In this document: positions 1-13,518 of the stretch, in pieces
How the letters are laid out: every line of letters begins with the position of its first letter
Numbering within the stretch: position 1 is the first letter of the stretch
Assembly: GCA_964035545.1 (NCBI GenBank)
Contig: OZ037766.1
Coordinates: 21,130,767-21,194,766 of the forward strand
Direction: 5' to 3'
Length of the DNA stretch: 64,000 bases
Source: Bugula neritina
Lineage: Eukaryota > Animalia > Bryozoa
Program-made: the position numbers and the translations under genes
The notes under the pieces: model-generated
Databases searched by the model: none
Told to the model about the DNA's origin: nothing
Seen by the model: the letters and a program-made list of their open reading frames with translations, nothing else

Positions 1-127
1 ACTACTACTACCACCACTACTACTACTACCACTACTACTACTACCACTACTACTACTACCACTACTACTACTACCACTACTACTACTACCACTACTACTA
101 CTACCACTACTACTGCTACTGCTACTG

Positions 128-165
<38 letters not shown>

Positions 166-360
166 ACTACTACTACTACTACTGCTACTACTACTACTAC
201 TACTGCTACTACTACTACTACTACTGCTACTACTACTACTACTACTGCTACTACTACTACTACTACTGCTACTACTACAACTACTACTGCTACTACCGCT
301 ACTACCGCTACTACCGCTACTACCGCTACTACTGCTACTACCACCACTACTACCGATACC
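1..360. repeat. Compound trinucleotide microsatellite (CTA/CCA/CTG/CCG)n in an MCTP intron
   Basis: Directly visible: actactactaccacc..., gctgctgct..., gctactaccgct arrays. Confidence 0.95.
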
Positions 361-460
361 GTTTTCTACTACCATTTCTATAACTAATACTATCACTATT
401 ATTATCACTATTGATGCATTTGCGTTGACATTGAAAGCCATTGCCTAAATTTCTATCCAG

Positions 461-3400
461 GTTTAAGTGACCCATATGTTAAGGTCAAACTTCAGGATAA
501 AACCATATATAGAACTAAAGTCATTGAAAAAACACTGACTCCAACTTGGGACGAGACGTTCATGCTGCACATAGACAGTCGGAATCAGTCGTTGGCTATA
601 AAAGTATTTGACAGAGATAAGTTCTCTGGGGATGATTTTATGGGAATGGCTTTAATAGATCTGTCAGCTCTACAAACAGGCAGGTGAGTTCGGCTATTTA
701 GTGTGTTTGTAGGGTATACTAGTTTATGGTTTTCAATGCACTTTTTGTTAGCTCTTGTGGTGAAATGACATTGTACCTAAGCACGCACACACACGCACAC
801 ACACTCACCCGAGGGCATTGGACGCACAAATAGGCACGCAAAGAAACAAGCACACTCGCAAACTTCTTGTTATCTTAGCCATTATTGATTTTTCGAAAGA
901 AGCAAACTGTTTTTATGAGAATAAAATATACTTAGCTATACCTATGCTGTTATATGGTTACATAAACAGCTGTTATTATTTTATTATATATTGCCAGACA
1001 TGTGTTTTTATAGGCCAACAGATCTGATGGTGGAGTTACTTCCAGACTCTTGTGATTTGGAGGAAGAATATGAAGAAAGGGGTCTCGGTGAGATACACAT
1101 GCGCTACTTGCTGCACGATGAAAGCAGCACAGTTGTATGTCCACCAATTCAGGAACCAAAGGTAAACAATGCTCTCTCTGTACCTGCAAATTTCTATTTT
1201 GAGCTATTAGGTAAAGCCACGTAATTTGTGGCTGCTTTTCTTTTTGAATAAAAATTGTGAACAACAAAAATTTGGTGTATTGCGTACTCATGTGCTTTTA
1301 AATATTCATTCATTATAATTAATAAATAGAAATTTGTTTTTTCTATTTAAATAGTTTTATGTTTATGGCAGATGAATAGTGTCTTAGACTTTGATACCTG
1401 CATCTGTACAAACATAGTCTTCTATTTTTCCAGATAATAGACCCTTTTCAGAGGTCCCCCCCCCCCTTACAATTAAGAGTTGTGGTCTCCCAAAATGAAA
1501 TTTGTTGAGCAAAATAGACTTGAACTCATTTTCGTGGTTTTTGTTGCTGAGCAATGCTGAAGTGCCACTTCAGCACTGCTCAATAACCAAAACCACCAAA
1601 GTGCTTTCAAATTTATTTCTGTCAAAATTATCCGTGAAGAAATATTTTTAAAATCTTTTTTGAAATGCTAATATGTGTGCTTACACCAAAATATCCATAT
1701 CTCCTAAAATGACAATTCTAAAACATAAATAGAATTTTAAGTAGCAACCAAACTTTAAATTTTTTAATGGGTTTGCTTTTTATACAAAGATTCTTGAAAC
1801 CTATTCGCTTTGAGAGGACACAAATCTTAATTGTAAAGGGGCTATCAGGGACCTCTTAAAAGTGTTTATTGCATTATAGTATAGATATATTTTGTTTTGA
1901 CTTCATTCATGGTACTGTATTAATAATGTTACATGCACTTTAGCAGAAGCGTAAAAAGTTGAGAGTAAGTGTGTTTGAGTTATGCTCACTTACTTATGTT
2001 TTAATGTTCTCAGGGTTCAGCTTGCTTTTATAAATTTCGCTATAACTTATTACGTCATTTGGTTCGCTATAATTTTATGGTTTTGAGTAAGTTGAGTTTC
2101 CAAGTTTTTCTGCTACATCAATTCAAAAAGCAGTTTATCCATTTTCTATACTAGCTGTGTTGTTCTATGTTCACAAGGTCACTTTCTGCTGTCACTATCA
2201 CGTTTGTTACTATTGCATTTTCAACAGGTGCAATTTTGATAAAGTTTCACTTTTTGTTAATTTAAATTTATCAACGCAAAAAATCCTTGCATTTTGTCGG
2301 TCTACCTTTTAGCTCGCTTTCCTGCCTTTACGATTTTCTCCCGACAAATAGTTTTGCTGATTTACATTTATTTATAATGCCTCAGTTGACTACCTGTTCT
2401 TCAGTAAATTTCCTTCCTTCATTATAGTTATTCATAAAGTCAAGTTGTTAGTTTCTTTTCATTCAACCCATTTTTAAGGAGCATCCAAGTCAAAGGTGAA
2501 AATGTTCACTTATTTTAGCTCCAACTCAGAATATTGTAGCCTGTTGATAGTTCTTTACTGTTTAAAATATGTGTTACTTTAGAAGATAAGTCGAAAATGG
2601 TCTCGTAGACCCAAGGTAAATATGCTGCCTTGATGTACAGTTTCAACATAATTTAAGTCAGCACCATGATTAGTGTCTGTAATTTTTGAATAGATGTGAT
2701 GATTTCTTTAGATGTTCTTGGCATGAGTGTTGGCTGTTTTAGATAGAATGTAGCTTTCATATAATACATGTTTTAGTATCTTTTTGATGGCAGGCATGTA
2801 ATGCTACATGTTTCTCTGTACTGTATAGCATTACATGTCTATGTCTGATTATATTTTCTGATTATTTTTGTCAATAACTGTGTGAAAATATATGTTATGA
2901 TTTTAGAGGATAATTAAATTTTCAACCTGGTGTGTTGGTACTTATCTCTGGAAAAATTTTTCAACACAAATTTAGTAAAATATGATTTGGCATTGATGGG
3001 ATGCAAAAATTTAAAATTTAAGCATTGTAAGAAGCTATTAGATCAAGATATATGTAAAAATTAACCTATAAATTATCCAGAACAGTTTTCTTGCATAATA
3101 ATTTAGTAATTTATTAGACTACCTTGGTGTGTGTGTGTGTGTGTGTGTGTTTTCTGTAGTAATCCGGCTATTTATTTCTGATTTTTCTGCTTGAAATATT
3201 TACACATAGGTGAATACAAGTTTCAACCTTCTAAACTCCATATCTGATAGCATCGAGGTTTGTTTAAACTTGACTGCATTTATTCACATTCTCTGTTGTC
3301 ACCTTTGCATGTACAAGGTGTCGGGGCTTAAATAATAGTATAATGTAATTGTTATGATGAGCCATACTTTTGTAAAGTTAGCTTCCTCCTGTGATCAAAC

Positions 3401-6400
3401 CACTTACAGTAAAGTAATTTTATGTGCAAGTTTCTATTGGGTTTTTGATGTAATTGAGGCATAATTGTCTGTCCTTGTCTATTCGGTAAGCGTTAACATA
3501 AGCCACTTACCACAAGAAATGGCTGGCATTTTTGCTATAATATTGCACAGCAATGGCAGTGAATGCAGATTGAATAATTCTCATCCGAGTATGTATCAGC
3601 CACACTAAATAAATTTTGGGTATAATTTGAGAGAACAAATTTGGCAAGAGTTGAGCAGTCTGAGCCAATCCATGAAATCGGATTGGTTGCATTTTTAATT
3701 TTGCTATAACATATCTCACCATGTTTATTTCTCTTGTTCAGGAAACGGATAATGCTAGCTAGCAATAATACTTTTTTATGTTTCTGTTGACCAAAAATAA
3801 TTAATACTTTGCAAGTTATATTGTGGCTTTTCGGATTTGTCCTCTCAATGTTTATCTGAATTTGCAATAGTGTAAAGTGTGGCCCATACTTTATTCTTCT
3901 ATCATATGCATGAGTAACTTCTCTTGTAATATTCTCCTTTACCCTACCATTATACCTTATTTACACCCTCTTAATACTTCTAACCACTAACTGTCCCTTT
4001 TAGTTATTTTAACCCCCCCCCCCCTTTATTCTCCTATATAGGTTACCACTTCACCCCTTACATCCTAAACATCCTAACACTGCTGCTGTAAGCTTGTTCT
4101 AAGCTTAGGCGCAACTGAAAATGTGGACTTTATGTTCTAGTTTTAACATCGGGTAATAGATTCTTCCAAGTTATTGCACATGGCTCTTACAAATTTCACA
4201 TTTTTTAGACAATCTTCAAAAGTTGTTATATGTTTATATCGTATTTATTCGTAAAAGTGATGAGATTTGATTTATATTTGAAAATATTTTTTCAAAGTCT
4301 TACCAAATTTGTCAAGTTATAAGTTGGCTGAGAAGATTGTATCTTTCAACTGGTCTTGCTTATAAAACATTCAAGGAATTGTCTTCACTGACATTGCAAG
4401 TGATTATTGATAGATGATAAATGTTATTACTGCTATAATGCTGGTACACTTTTATAGAGATGCCATGGTGTGTATTATCTTACAATGTTATAAACAACTA
4501 TATTCTTTATTCTGACAAATGATAAAATACCTATAAATTGTGTGCTGTGGCATTCCTGTATATCGTTACATTTACATTGCCATTACAGTCACTGATGAGT
4601 AACATAGTAAGGTCAGACTACGGTGATAATGGTTCTACCAACACCAGCGAGTGGGACTACACTGTACGCATTGTAATAATGCATGGCCAAGATCTTCTGT
4701 CTATGGACGATAATGGATTCAGTGATCCCTATGTTAGGTTTAAACTTCAAAATGAGAAATACAAGACCAAGGTGAGTGCAGGCTAATCAGCATTTATACT
4801 TAGTCTAGCTTTTCTACCTGCAGGAATATATTTCACAACCCAAGTCTAACTGATGATGAAATGACATGTACAGATACAGGATATAGTTGATTACATGTTG
4901 ATGAATGTAAGAGACACTAAACATATTTTCAGTTCTATCAATTATTATCAATGATTTAAACATGTATGCATATTCACTTTTTCCAATGTCTTCTACAGTG
5001 TGAATAATATATGCTGGTTACAAAGTATAACTTTAAATGCTATGTGTTTCTAGTTCTTATTTTTTTATATCTTATATAAATATATTCTAGGTCAAGAACA
5101 AAACTCTAGATCCAAAGTGGATGGAAACGTTTAGCTTACATCTGTTTGATCATAAGAGTTGGCTATTGGATATCTCGGTCTTTGATCACAATATCGCTGG
5201 CAGAGATGATTTTATGGGAAGGTAATATACTTTATCCTACATTTTCTGTATTGTAACTATGATATCTCTAATGACATCTAAACTTCCTGCGTGTATTTTA
5301 TACCAGGATATCACCAGATGCTTTTAAATTAGTGCTGTGCTTTCTTTGGGCATTGCAATATCTATTGTTCTTGCTTTCGTTGCCAGGGCATCCCTGGATC
5401 TATCTAAGCTAACTATAGACAGGACTCATGATCTCACAGTTCATCTTGAAGACGAGGCCGGTAGTCTGCGTATTCTGGTCACAGTTACTGGGGCTGTCTC
5501 GTCAACTGACCATGAAACTTCGACTTCTACTCGTGATGAGATTATTCGGGGTTATGTAAGTATCAAACGGTTTAAAGGATATTTTGTGTACAGTTTGAGA
5601 GTTGTGATACACTGAAAAGATTTACATCAGCTTTGAGGCCAAGTTATTTTTTATTTCAGGGGTTATTGAATTCTCTAAAGAACTTCAAAGACGTTGGCTG
5701 GCTGCAACTGAAAGGTATTTGCTTATCTAACTTCATGCTTTTGATTTTATCAAGGTGTTTCATTTTTTGTTTTCACTTTTAGCAAATCTAACAAATAATG
5801 ACATGTGCTTATCCAATGTTCTAGTCATACGAGCACATGGCCTATCATCGAAGGACTGGGGTGGTAAAAGTGACCCATTCTGTACAGTAGAATTAGTAAA
5901 CACCATGTTGCAATCACACACATCTTACAATACTCTCAACCCTGAATGGAACCGAGTTTTCACCATGTAAGTTGAATACGACATGCTGTGTGTGTGTCAA
6001 TGACTCTGTAAGTTGGCAATATAAAACTCGTGGATAATAAGCCCCCTTCTTGAAATTTGATATGTTGGGCTGGTAGAATTGATCACACTGGAGAATGTTT
6101 GCTCTAAAATAGTTCGATATATGTGCTGGTAATCTCATAGGTGACTGATGATCAAGATGTGACAACTTCAAAAATTAATATAATCGGTTTTTTTAAAACT
6201 GTGAAATTGATTTCTACAATTAAGTTTTAATGTACTATATTGTAATGTTTTGCAGTGTATCTTTTCATTGCTAAGCATCTATTACTCTGTATATTAATTG
6301 GCTTATGATATAACAAATTACCGGTTCTAAAAGATTTGTAGACCATATTTATTAGTGTTCTATTAAACTGGAGACAGCACATAGCACCATACTGTAATAA

Positions 6401-8266
6401 ATACTCTGTAATTTATCGTATTGATAGAGCTATAGTCTGCACCAACTGTAGCGTGAGTATGCTCTGCTACACGCATATGCATGCAGTGAGTTTGTCTACT
6501 TGCAAGGCTGCATCTTGGCTTAATTTTCTAGTTATCATTGGTGTGCCTGTGACGCTCTGGGTAGATGACATGTTTTGCATCAATCATCAGTTTCTGATGT
6601 GAAGTAAACCGTGTTTCGTTGGTGTTATTTAGCCCCGTTAAGGACATCCACTCCGTGCTAGAAGTAACAGTCTATGATGAAGATAAAGATATGAAAAAAG
6701 AGTTCATTGGTAAAGTGGCCATTCCACTCATTATGGTGAGTTTAAGTGTATTTTGTGTCACTATTAACATTGAAACATCTCTATTGCATCAGTTAGTTCG
6801 CTAAGCTAGGGCCACATGGAGGAGAGTGTTACATGCAAAAGAGTTTTCTTTAAAAATCTACAGTTGGAGTTATCTGTCACACACTATATATTGTCAGCGG
6901 AGAACAAGTTGATTGCCAATGGCTTTACTGTTTTTTAACTAGCTACTCTCAATAATATGCAATTAATATGAATAGAAATTTGTAAAGCATAAACATAAAA
7001 ACTGGGCTCACTAAATAATGATAAACCATTTAGATCACTAACACAGAAACTTTTCACATCATTTGCTGAGCATTTTGGCAGAATGAAATTCTTGAAAGAC
7101 AGCTCTATTTTGCTGCTTGTGTGAAGTTTTTGAAATTGGTTCGTGTGAAAATCTGCTATATGTAGCTCTAGCTTATGCAGAACTTGTTTTAGGTGCTTTT
7201 ACTTCCATGCCTATGGAGTTGCTGGTTTCAATAATGTGCACATTATTTTAGAACATGTTTCAAGTTTGCACAAACTTTTTAAACACATAATGATGAATTC
7301 ATTAATTATATAACTTTGCTACCTCACACTAAATAATTATATGATTTTCCATGGCCAGTCTGTAGTGGATAACTTTAACTCTACTGCTAAACAGTTTTCT
7401 CATTTCTCAAATTGATTTATTATTTAGATAGAGAATGGTGTGCAGAAGTGGTATGGACTAAAGGATAAGAAGCTGTTCTCTAGGGTCAAAGGTGAAGTGC
7501 TGTTGGAGCTTGATATGGTATTCAACCATGTAAGTTATTGCTCTGTTATACAATATATACTTTAACCCTAAAACTTATTAGTTAATACTATCTAGTTATC
7601 TATATAATTAGATATATCAATAAATAATATAAAATAATAATCCAAATATGTTTATTTGGTTTAACTTTTAAAGAAAAGCTATTTTAACCATTTCTGATAC
7701 TTCACTCATTTTCTTATCCTGTCAAATCTTCAGATTCATTAAATTTTGGCATCATAAATATTGACATAAAGCTAAATTATTTAATAAAGAAGGGCAAGTG
7801 TTGAATGAATGCATTATGCAAAGCAAGAATAAATGTTTTTGAACATTTTTTCCATCTAGTACTTGGAAAATTATTTTACAGTTTAGGATAAACTAAACAT
7901 ATATATTAAGCTTTTGACAATGTTAAGAAATTGCACCGGGGTATAAATTTTTAACTATTTTTCTTTAAAATAGAAAATACTGATAAAAGTACGGTTAACT
8001 AATCTAATCATGGCCAGAAGCTCTTGTAGTTCAATAATAAATAAAAACAATATGATTGCCTAAAGTTGAATTATTTCATGTCTTTCTAGGTCAAGGCTGC
8101 TATCAGGACTTTTAATCCAAGAGAGGAGCCGGTTTTACAGGAAGAGCCTAAATTTAAAATATCAGTATGTCTCCTAACGTAAATAGTACATATAATATAT
8201 CTAACGTAAATCGTATATATAATACACCTAACATAAATAGTATATATAATACACCTAACGCAAATA

Positions 8267-8351
<85 letters not shown>

Positions 8352-11300
8352 GCACCTAACATAAATAGTATATGTAATGAATTATTTGAGTCACCAATGA
8401 AAACAGCTCAGTTGGTGACATAATTTTTCAAAGTACATATAAGATATATTCCAGCATTTTATATAATTTTATTTAAAATATCTATTTGATTGCTTTTGTG
8501 TAACAATATATGCCATTATCATAAGCATAGCATGAGATATTTGCATTTAAGGGTAGTATCACAATTTTGAAGATTGTGCGCAGTCATGCTATGATTTAGG
8601 TGGTATATTTAGCACCAATGCTTTGAATATTTTCCTGATATGTTGTAGTTATTCAAGAGGAATGTAACCAGAGTTAGGTCCATTGGATCCAGCTTAGTTT
8701 CAGCAAAGAATTTTTGGCAAAGTCTGGTTGACTGGGATTATCCGTCCAAAACTTTGATAGCATTTGTGGTGAGTTACATGAGTCATGGAGCTTATATGCT
8801 GAATGTATCGTAGTTGATACGTATATTCGTGTGTGTATACACACATAAGCACGCACGCCACACACACACACACACGCACACCACACACATGCACACCACA
8901 CACACTCGCCATTTATGCAAGTTTCAGAGTTTAGAAAAGCAGATTACCCCCTTTTTTGTACACTTTAAAGTTTATGCTTGAAATTGTGTTGTAACTTTGA
9001 ATTTCAATTTTTAATTTTTATTTTCATTGTATTTGTGATAATTAAAATTTTTCAGTGTCATATATGTCCTATGAAAGTTTTTTTGTTATTTTCTTTTACT
9101 AAAAATGATTAGCAGTATAGGTAGTCACTTTATCTCATAGCATTTCATCACTCATTAGTTCAGGAATATTATTTTTTTCTGTTCTTTTGTTGACTTTAAA
9201 TATGTGCATACTTGAATGTTGATGCACCCTTCCAGTTTGAATTTTGTAGTTATTAAGTTTAGCTGCCCACAGGTAATGTGAAATGTTGCATTGTTTTATT
9301 TTTAATCATCTCTTACTTTGGTGGTTTGATTATTTGTTTTGCTTTGTTATCATCTTCTACATTATGCCATCTAAACACCAAGTGCTTTGGTATGAGTGTT
9401 ACAGCTATTGTGACAAACTTAATATGTGCTGTTAATATTGCATCTAAGTTTGATGTCTGAAGATTTTGTGTTTATTTTGCATTACATTGGTTAGATAAAG
9501 TGCGTGCTATTTCGCATATCTTATTTTGTTAAACTGGAGCTTTATTTATATTTCATATGTTGTTTTTGCAGGCATTTATGGTTGGAGTGTGGAACTTTGA
9601 GCTTTACATGTTACCTCTTACACTGATAATGCTGTTTATTTGGAATCTTATGGTGAGAGAGATCAAAGGCACTTCAGCAGCTGATGATATGGTCTATTTT
9701 GTAAGTACATTCTCCACTGAACTTGGATTATTAAGGAAGCAAAGGTTTTCTCACTAGGATTTTGATTGTGGCATTAAGTCCATCTCGGCATGTTTTCAGT
9801 TTACACGCTGACGTAAATAGACTGGTTCTATACAGTTGTCTATACATCTCGGAGAAACTAAGTTAATAGCTGCTATTTTGTTTGAGCAATTTAAGTGACC
9901 CAAGACTAGATAAAGAGTCAGCTGTCTGTTCCAAAGATTAACTTTTTGTCACTGATGCTTCTCGCAACATATATTTCATGGGGCTAAGGCTGAGTAGTGA
10001 GCAATATATCAATGCAATTACTTGCTTTAGAAATTATTTATTATTTTGGATGTCTTAAATGAGTAGATGTGAAGTTGTTTTATGAATACATTTGTTTAGT
10101 GTTTTGTTATGTGTTTTCCCAGTGTGATGTGCCAGCTGAATGCCTATGTTACCTTGTTGCATATATGTGTTGTAGCAGCATTGTATGATATAAGTACGTG
10201 GTGTCTATGTAATAACTTGTATGTAATGGTGTGGTAGCTGTTTGGTAAAAGGGTAAGTAACACAAGTGTGGTGTTTTACCATCTTAATGCTTGTAGCTGA
10301 CTTCTGGCAACCTGCCAGCAGCTAGGTCACTTTTGTTTCTTCAGCTTTCATGTTCCAAACTTTGCAACACTCACTGATAATGTGTTTTACCTTGACATTA
10401 ACCAAAATTTGCGTTATATTCCAGTAGAGGTAGATAACTCCTAAATTGCAGCACATTTTCCTTGTGTGATAATATATCTGGTTTTAGTCTTTGAGTTATG
10501 TGCATGTTGTTGCATGGTGTTATATTTGTAAATTCTGGAGCTGAATTTTAAGGGGATAAGAAAACATGTCACATCTACTGACACATTCTCTATTCGCTGT
10601 ATCACGTATGAACGTTACTGATCAGTCACGTGGTTTGCATGAGTCACTATTTTTGCCAAGTATAAATTACCATTGGTAGAGTATTGTATTTGTATCTTTT
10701 ATTAGTTACAAATTCTCCTGAAATTTAAAGTTTATTTATCTACAGTTCATCTTGTAACCGTCTTAACATATGTAGGCATCTTCTCTTTTGTTTGCAAACC
10801 TCCCAGTTGCCACTCTTTCAATTCTGGTTTCTATTTTTTATTCAACATCGAACTACTAATTCGGCTATGATTTATTTCAGTTCAGTACGAATGCGTCTAC
10901 AGCAGTTTTTAGTTTGATATCTTAACCACAAGTTTTATTAAATTTTAAACATTATAGATTTAGTTTTTTCACTGTCATAGCTGAAAATTATTTACAGCTA
11001 TTGCCTGAAAAATGTTGTTAGTGTTAGTTTTTTGTGTTTTCCCATTGTATAAATTTACCAACGCAAAATCCATTATATCATTTTCAAGACTATCATATGT
11101 TGCTGTTGGTCATTGTTAAAACGTTGCTGACAATTGAGGAAGTATGTTTACAGTGATTGGCAACACAACGTACTATTTACTGTTATGTTGTGTATGATGT
11201 CACCCATACCAATGCAGCATGCAGCACTAGTTTACTTGTTGACAGGAAGCCGATGTTGAAGATGATGAAATAGAAGAAGAAGATGATGATAAGGTAACAC

Positions 11301-13518
11301 TAAAACTCTTACAAAATATTCTTATTGGTTTTACTTAATACTTAAATTTCATTTCTACAGTATTTGATCCAAAAGAATTTTTTATTCCAGCAAATTATAT
11401 CAATCAATGCGCATATATTTCACTCTTGCTACTGGAATATTCAAGATAATGTTGAAGCTATTATGCTATTTTTGTTGTAAATCATTAGTTAATCAATCAG
11501 AACGATGTAACCATTTCTCAATTATTGTTGTTACATTTGTGACTAAAAATTAGTCATTATTTTAAAATGTCTGCATTTAACGGGTATGTTGTGTTGGGAG
11601 CAGATTTTCCTTGCTTAACCTCTCACTTTGTATTTAGGAAAGCCGGAGGTCGTTCAGAGAATACATTGATGTGGTGAAATCTATCTGCTGCACCATTCAA
11701 GAGATCCTTGGAAAAATTGCTGACCTCGGCGAAGCTATTAAAAAGTAATTGTAGTTACATAATCCTGTTTGACTTCAGGCTGTTTTCAGCATCTCAACAT
11801 CTAATATTTATGTATAATAAGAAATTTCTACCCATTGCTAGCTAAATTAAATAATTAATCCTAGATTTCCGTTTGATATTATAGCAAGTGCAACACATGG
11901 GCTATCTGTTTTTCTTTTCAAACCTGGCAATGGTTCAGGTTTATGGGTTATGCTGCTGTAAATAAATATAAATTGATTCTTAGCTGTTGTATAATATATA
12001 CTATGCCATATTAGCTACATGGATATGGAAAGCCACACAAACTCGCTCATGCTTTCACCATGGTGCTTGTTCCAGCTATGATGTGTTGTAGCTCTGTAAA
12101 CTGGACTATCCCATGGCTGTCCACTCTGGCTATAGTTGCTCTCTCCATTATTATGCTGATATTGTATCTGATCCCATTTCGCTACATTGTTTTATTCTGG
12201 GGCAAGTATTTACTAATTTAGTACATTGAGTTTACAGCTTTCAAGTTTTATGCATATATTTTATGATATATCATCAGGTGTAGAATATTGTAGTAGTGTG
12301 TAGGAAATATTTGTCTGTATTTATTTTAACATTTTGCCAGCAATTAAGTCTAGTTATTGTTTTAGGTGTCAACAAGTTTACAAAGAAGTTAAGAAAACCA
12401 AACTACATTCCCAACAACGAAGTTCTGGATTACTTGTCTAGAGTGCCATCAGATGTGGAAAAGGTAAGTTTTAATCAGCACCTGCCATGCACTATCTAAG
12501 GAGCACACAACTCTCCTCTGTTGTGAATTGTAAGCTAGCTCGATCCGAGACTATACTGTACTATTTATGAAAGTTGGTATATGGCTGTGAGAATACAATG
12601 CAATGTCTAGTCTGTCACTCAATAACACTGTTAACAAAAAACAGCTCATATATATTTTTGTCGAAATTTTTAGCTTAAATATTGTTCATTATGTAAGCTT
12701 TTAGTTCTAGCCAAGTTAAGAAAAGTTTTCGTAAATTTTTCATTTTAAGCTTTTTTATTTTGGCTTTTATCTGTTTTTTTTTTCATTTAGGTGCAGTAAC
12801 AAAGAAGTTTTCAATAGCAAAAGTCTTTTTACTTTCTTTATGAATTCTTATTGGGACATAATTTAAAATCTTTGCAGGGGTGTAACTTCGTTTTGCTATA
12901 TATAGAGCACAACTTGTTTTTTGTTTCATTATGGTTCTATCATTTTGAGTTTTCTGCTTTTTGTTGCATACGGTATACAACTACTTTTGCCAGTTTAGTT
13001 CCTTTATCTGTACAGAGCGGAGCACTATGGCCCACACTATCACCCTTTTACCAAGGCATATATAAAATTCCTGGTAATTTCAATCAAAGAGCTCAAATCA
13101 CAGATTTATTGACCCAGCTTCTTTTCATTCTAGTCTTTTTAATTCCTTGGCACAAAATTGTTTCCTTTGTAAATTTAACGCATATGCATTAATAGACTGG
13201 GGCGACAACTCTCTATTCTGGCATCTGCTCTGTATCCACACTTATTACTGTAAAGCACAGCAACAATTTATGCTGTTATCAGTGTATATTTATAGTGTTA
13301 TGTTTAAAAGAAAATAGAAATATAAATATTTCAAACAATTGGGTAAATTTAGCTTTGTAAAACTGTTGATTTGATAGCCAACGTCATTCACTATTGACCT
13401 CTTCATTTATAAGTGATTATGTTTACAGATGATGTATAAAGAGATCAGAGCGGACCCAGACCGTAGTAGGTCAAGTTCTCCACCAATAAAAGGCAAAAAG
13501 ATTAGCCGGATCAAATAG
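461..13518 (+). CDS. MCTP: Multiple C2 and transmembrane domain protein (MCTP1/2 family); 5' end lies outside the window
   Basis: Phase-consistent exons 461-683, 1014-1161, 1944-1964, 2583-2615, 4589-4771, 5091-5221, 5387-5555, 5660-5714, 5825-5966, 6633-6735, 7428-7529, 8090-8164, 8649-8768, 9572-9700, 11246-11293, 11638-11744, 12092-12201, 12366-12463, 13429-13518. Three C2 domains (SDPYVKV, SDPYVRF, SDPFC..LNPEWN), the TM segment [10 protein letters not shown], and the MCTP C-terminal motif [27 protein letters not shown]. Confidence 0.93.
1436..1870. mobile_element. Non-autonomous DNA transposon (MITE) with ~60-bp imperfect TIRs and an internal hairpin
   Basis: Left aatagacccttttcagaggtccc..ttacaattaagagttgtg matches the reverse complement of right cacaaatcttaattgtaa..gggacctcttaaaagtgtttatt; internal palindrome at ~1511-1618. 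Confidence 0.75.
8174..8372. repeat. ~27-bp minisatellite with an embedded (TA)n expansion
   Basis: Repeated ctaacRtaaatagtatatataatacac units; (TA)n at 8267-8349 lies inside one unit. Confidence 0.85.

Noticed and set aside
4080-4146. Hairpin taagctt-gttct-aagctta in a possible Penelope-like end
   Set aside because: Catalytic CTGANGA/GAAA boxes are absent; cannot be supported without a repeat library
4850-4862. ctgatgatgaaa resembling a hammerhead core
   Set aside because: No room for stem II and no flanking stems found
8086-8364. ORFs with YIYIYI runs (also 30476-30868 and 59700-59947)
   Set aside because: Translations of (TA)n microsatellites
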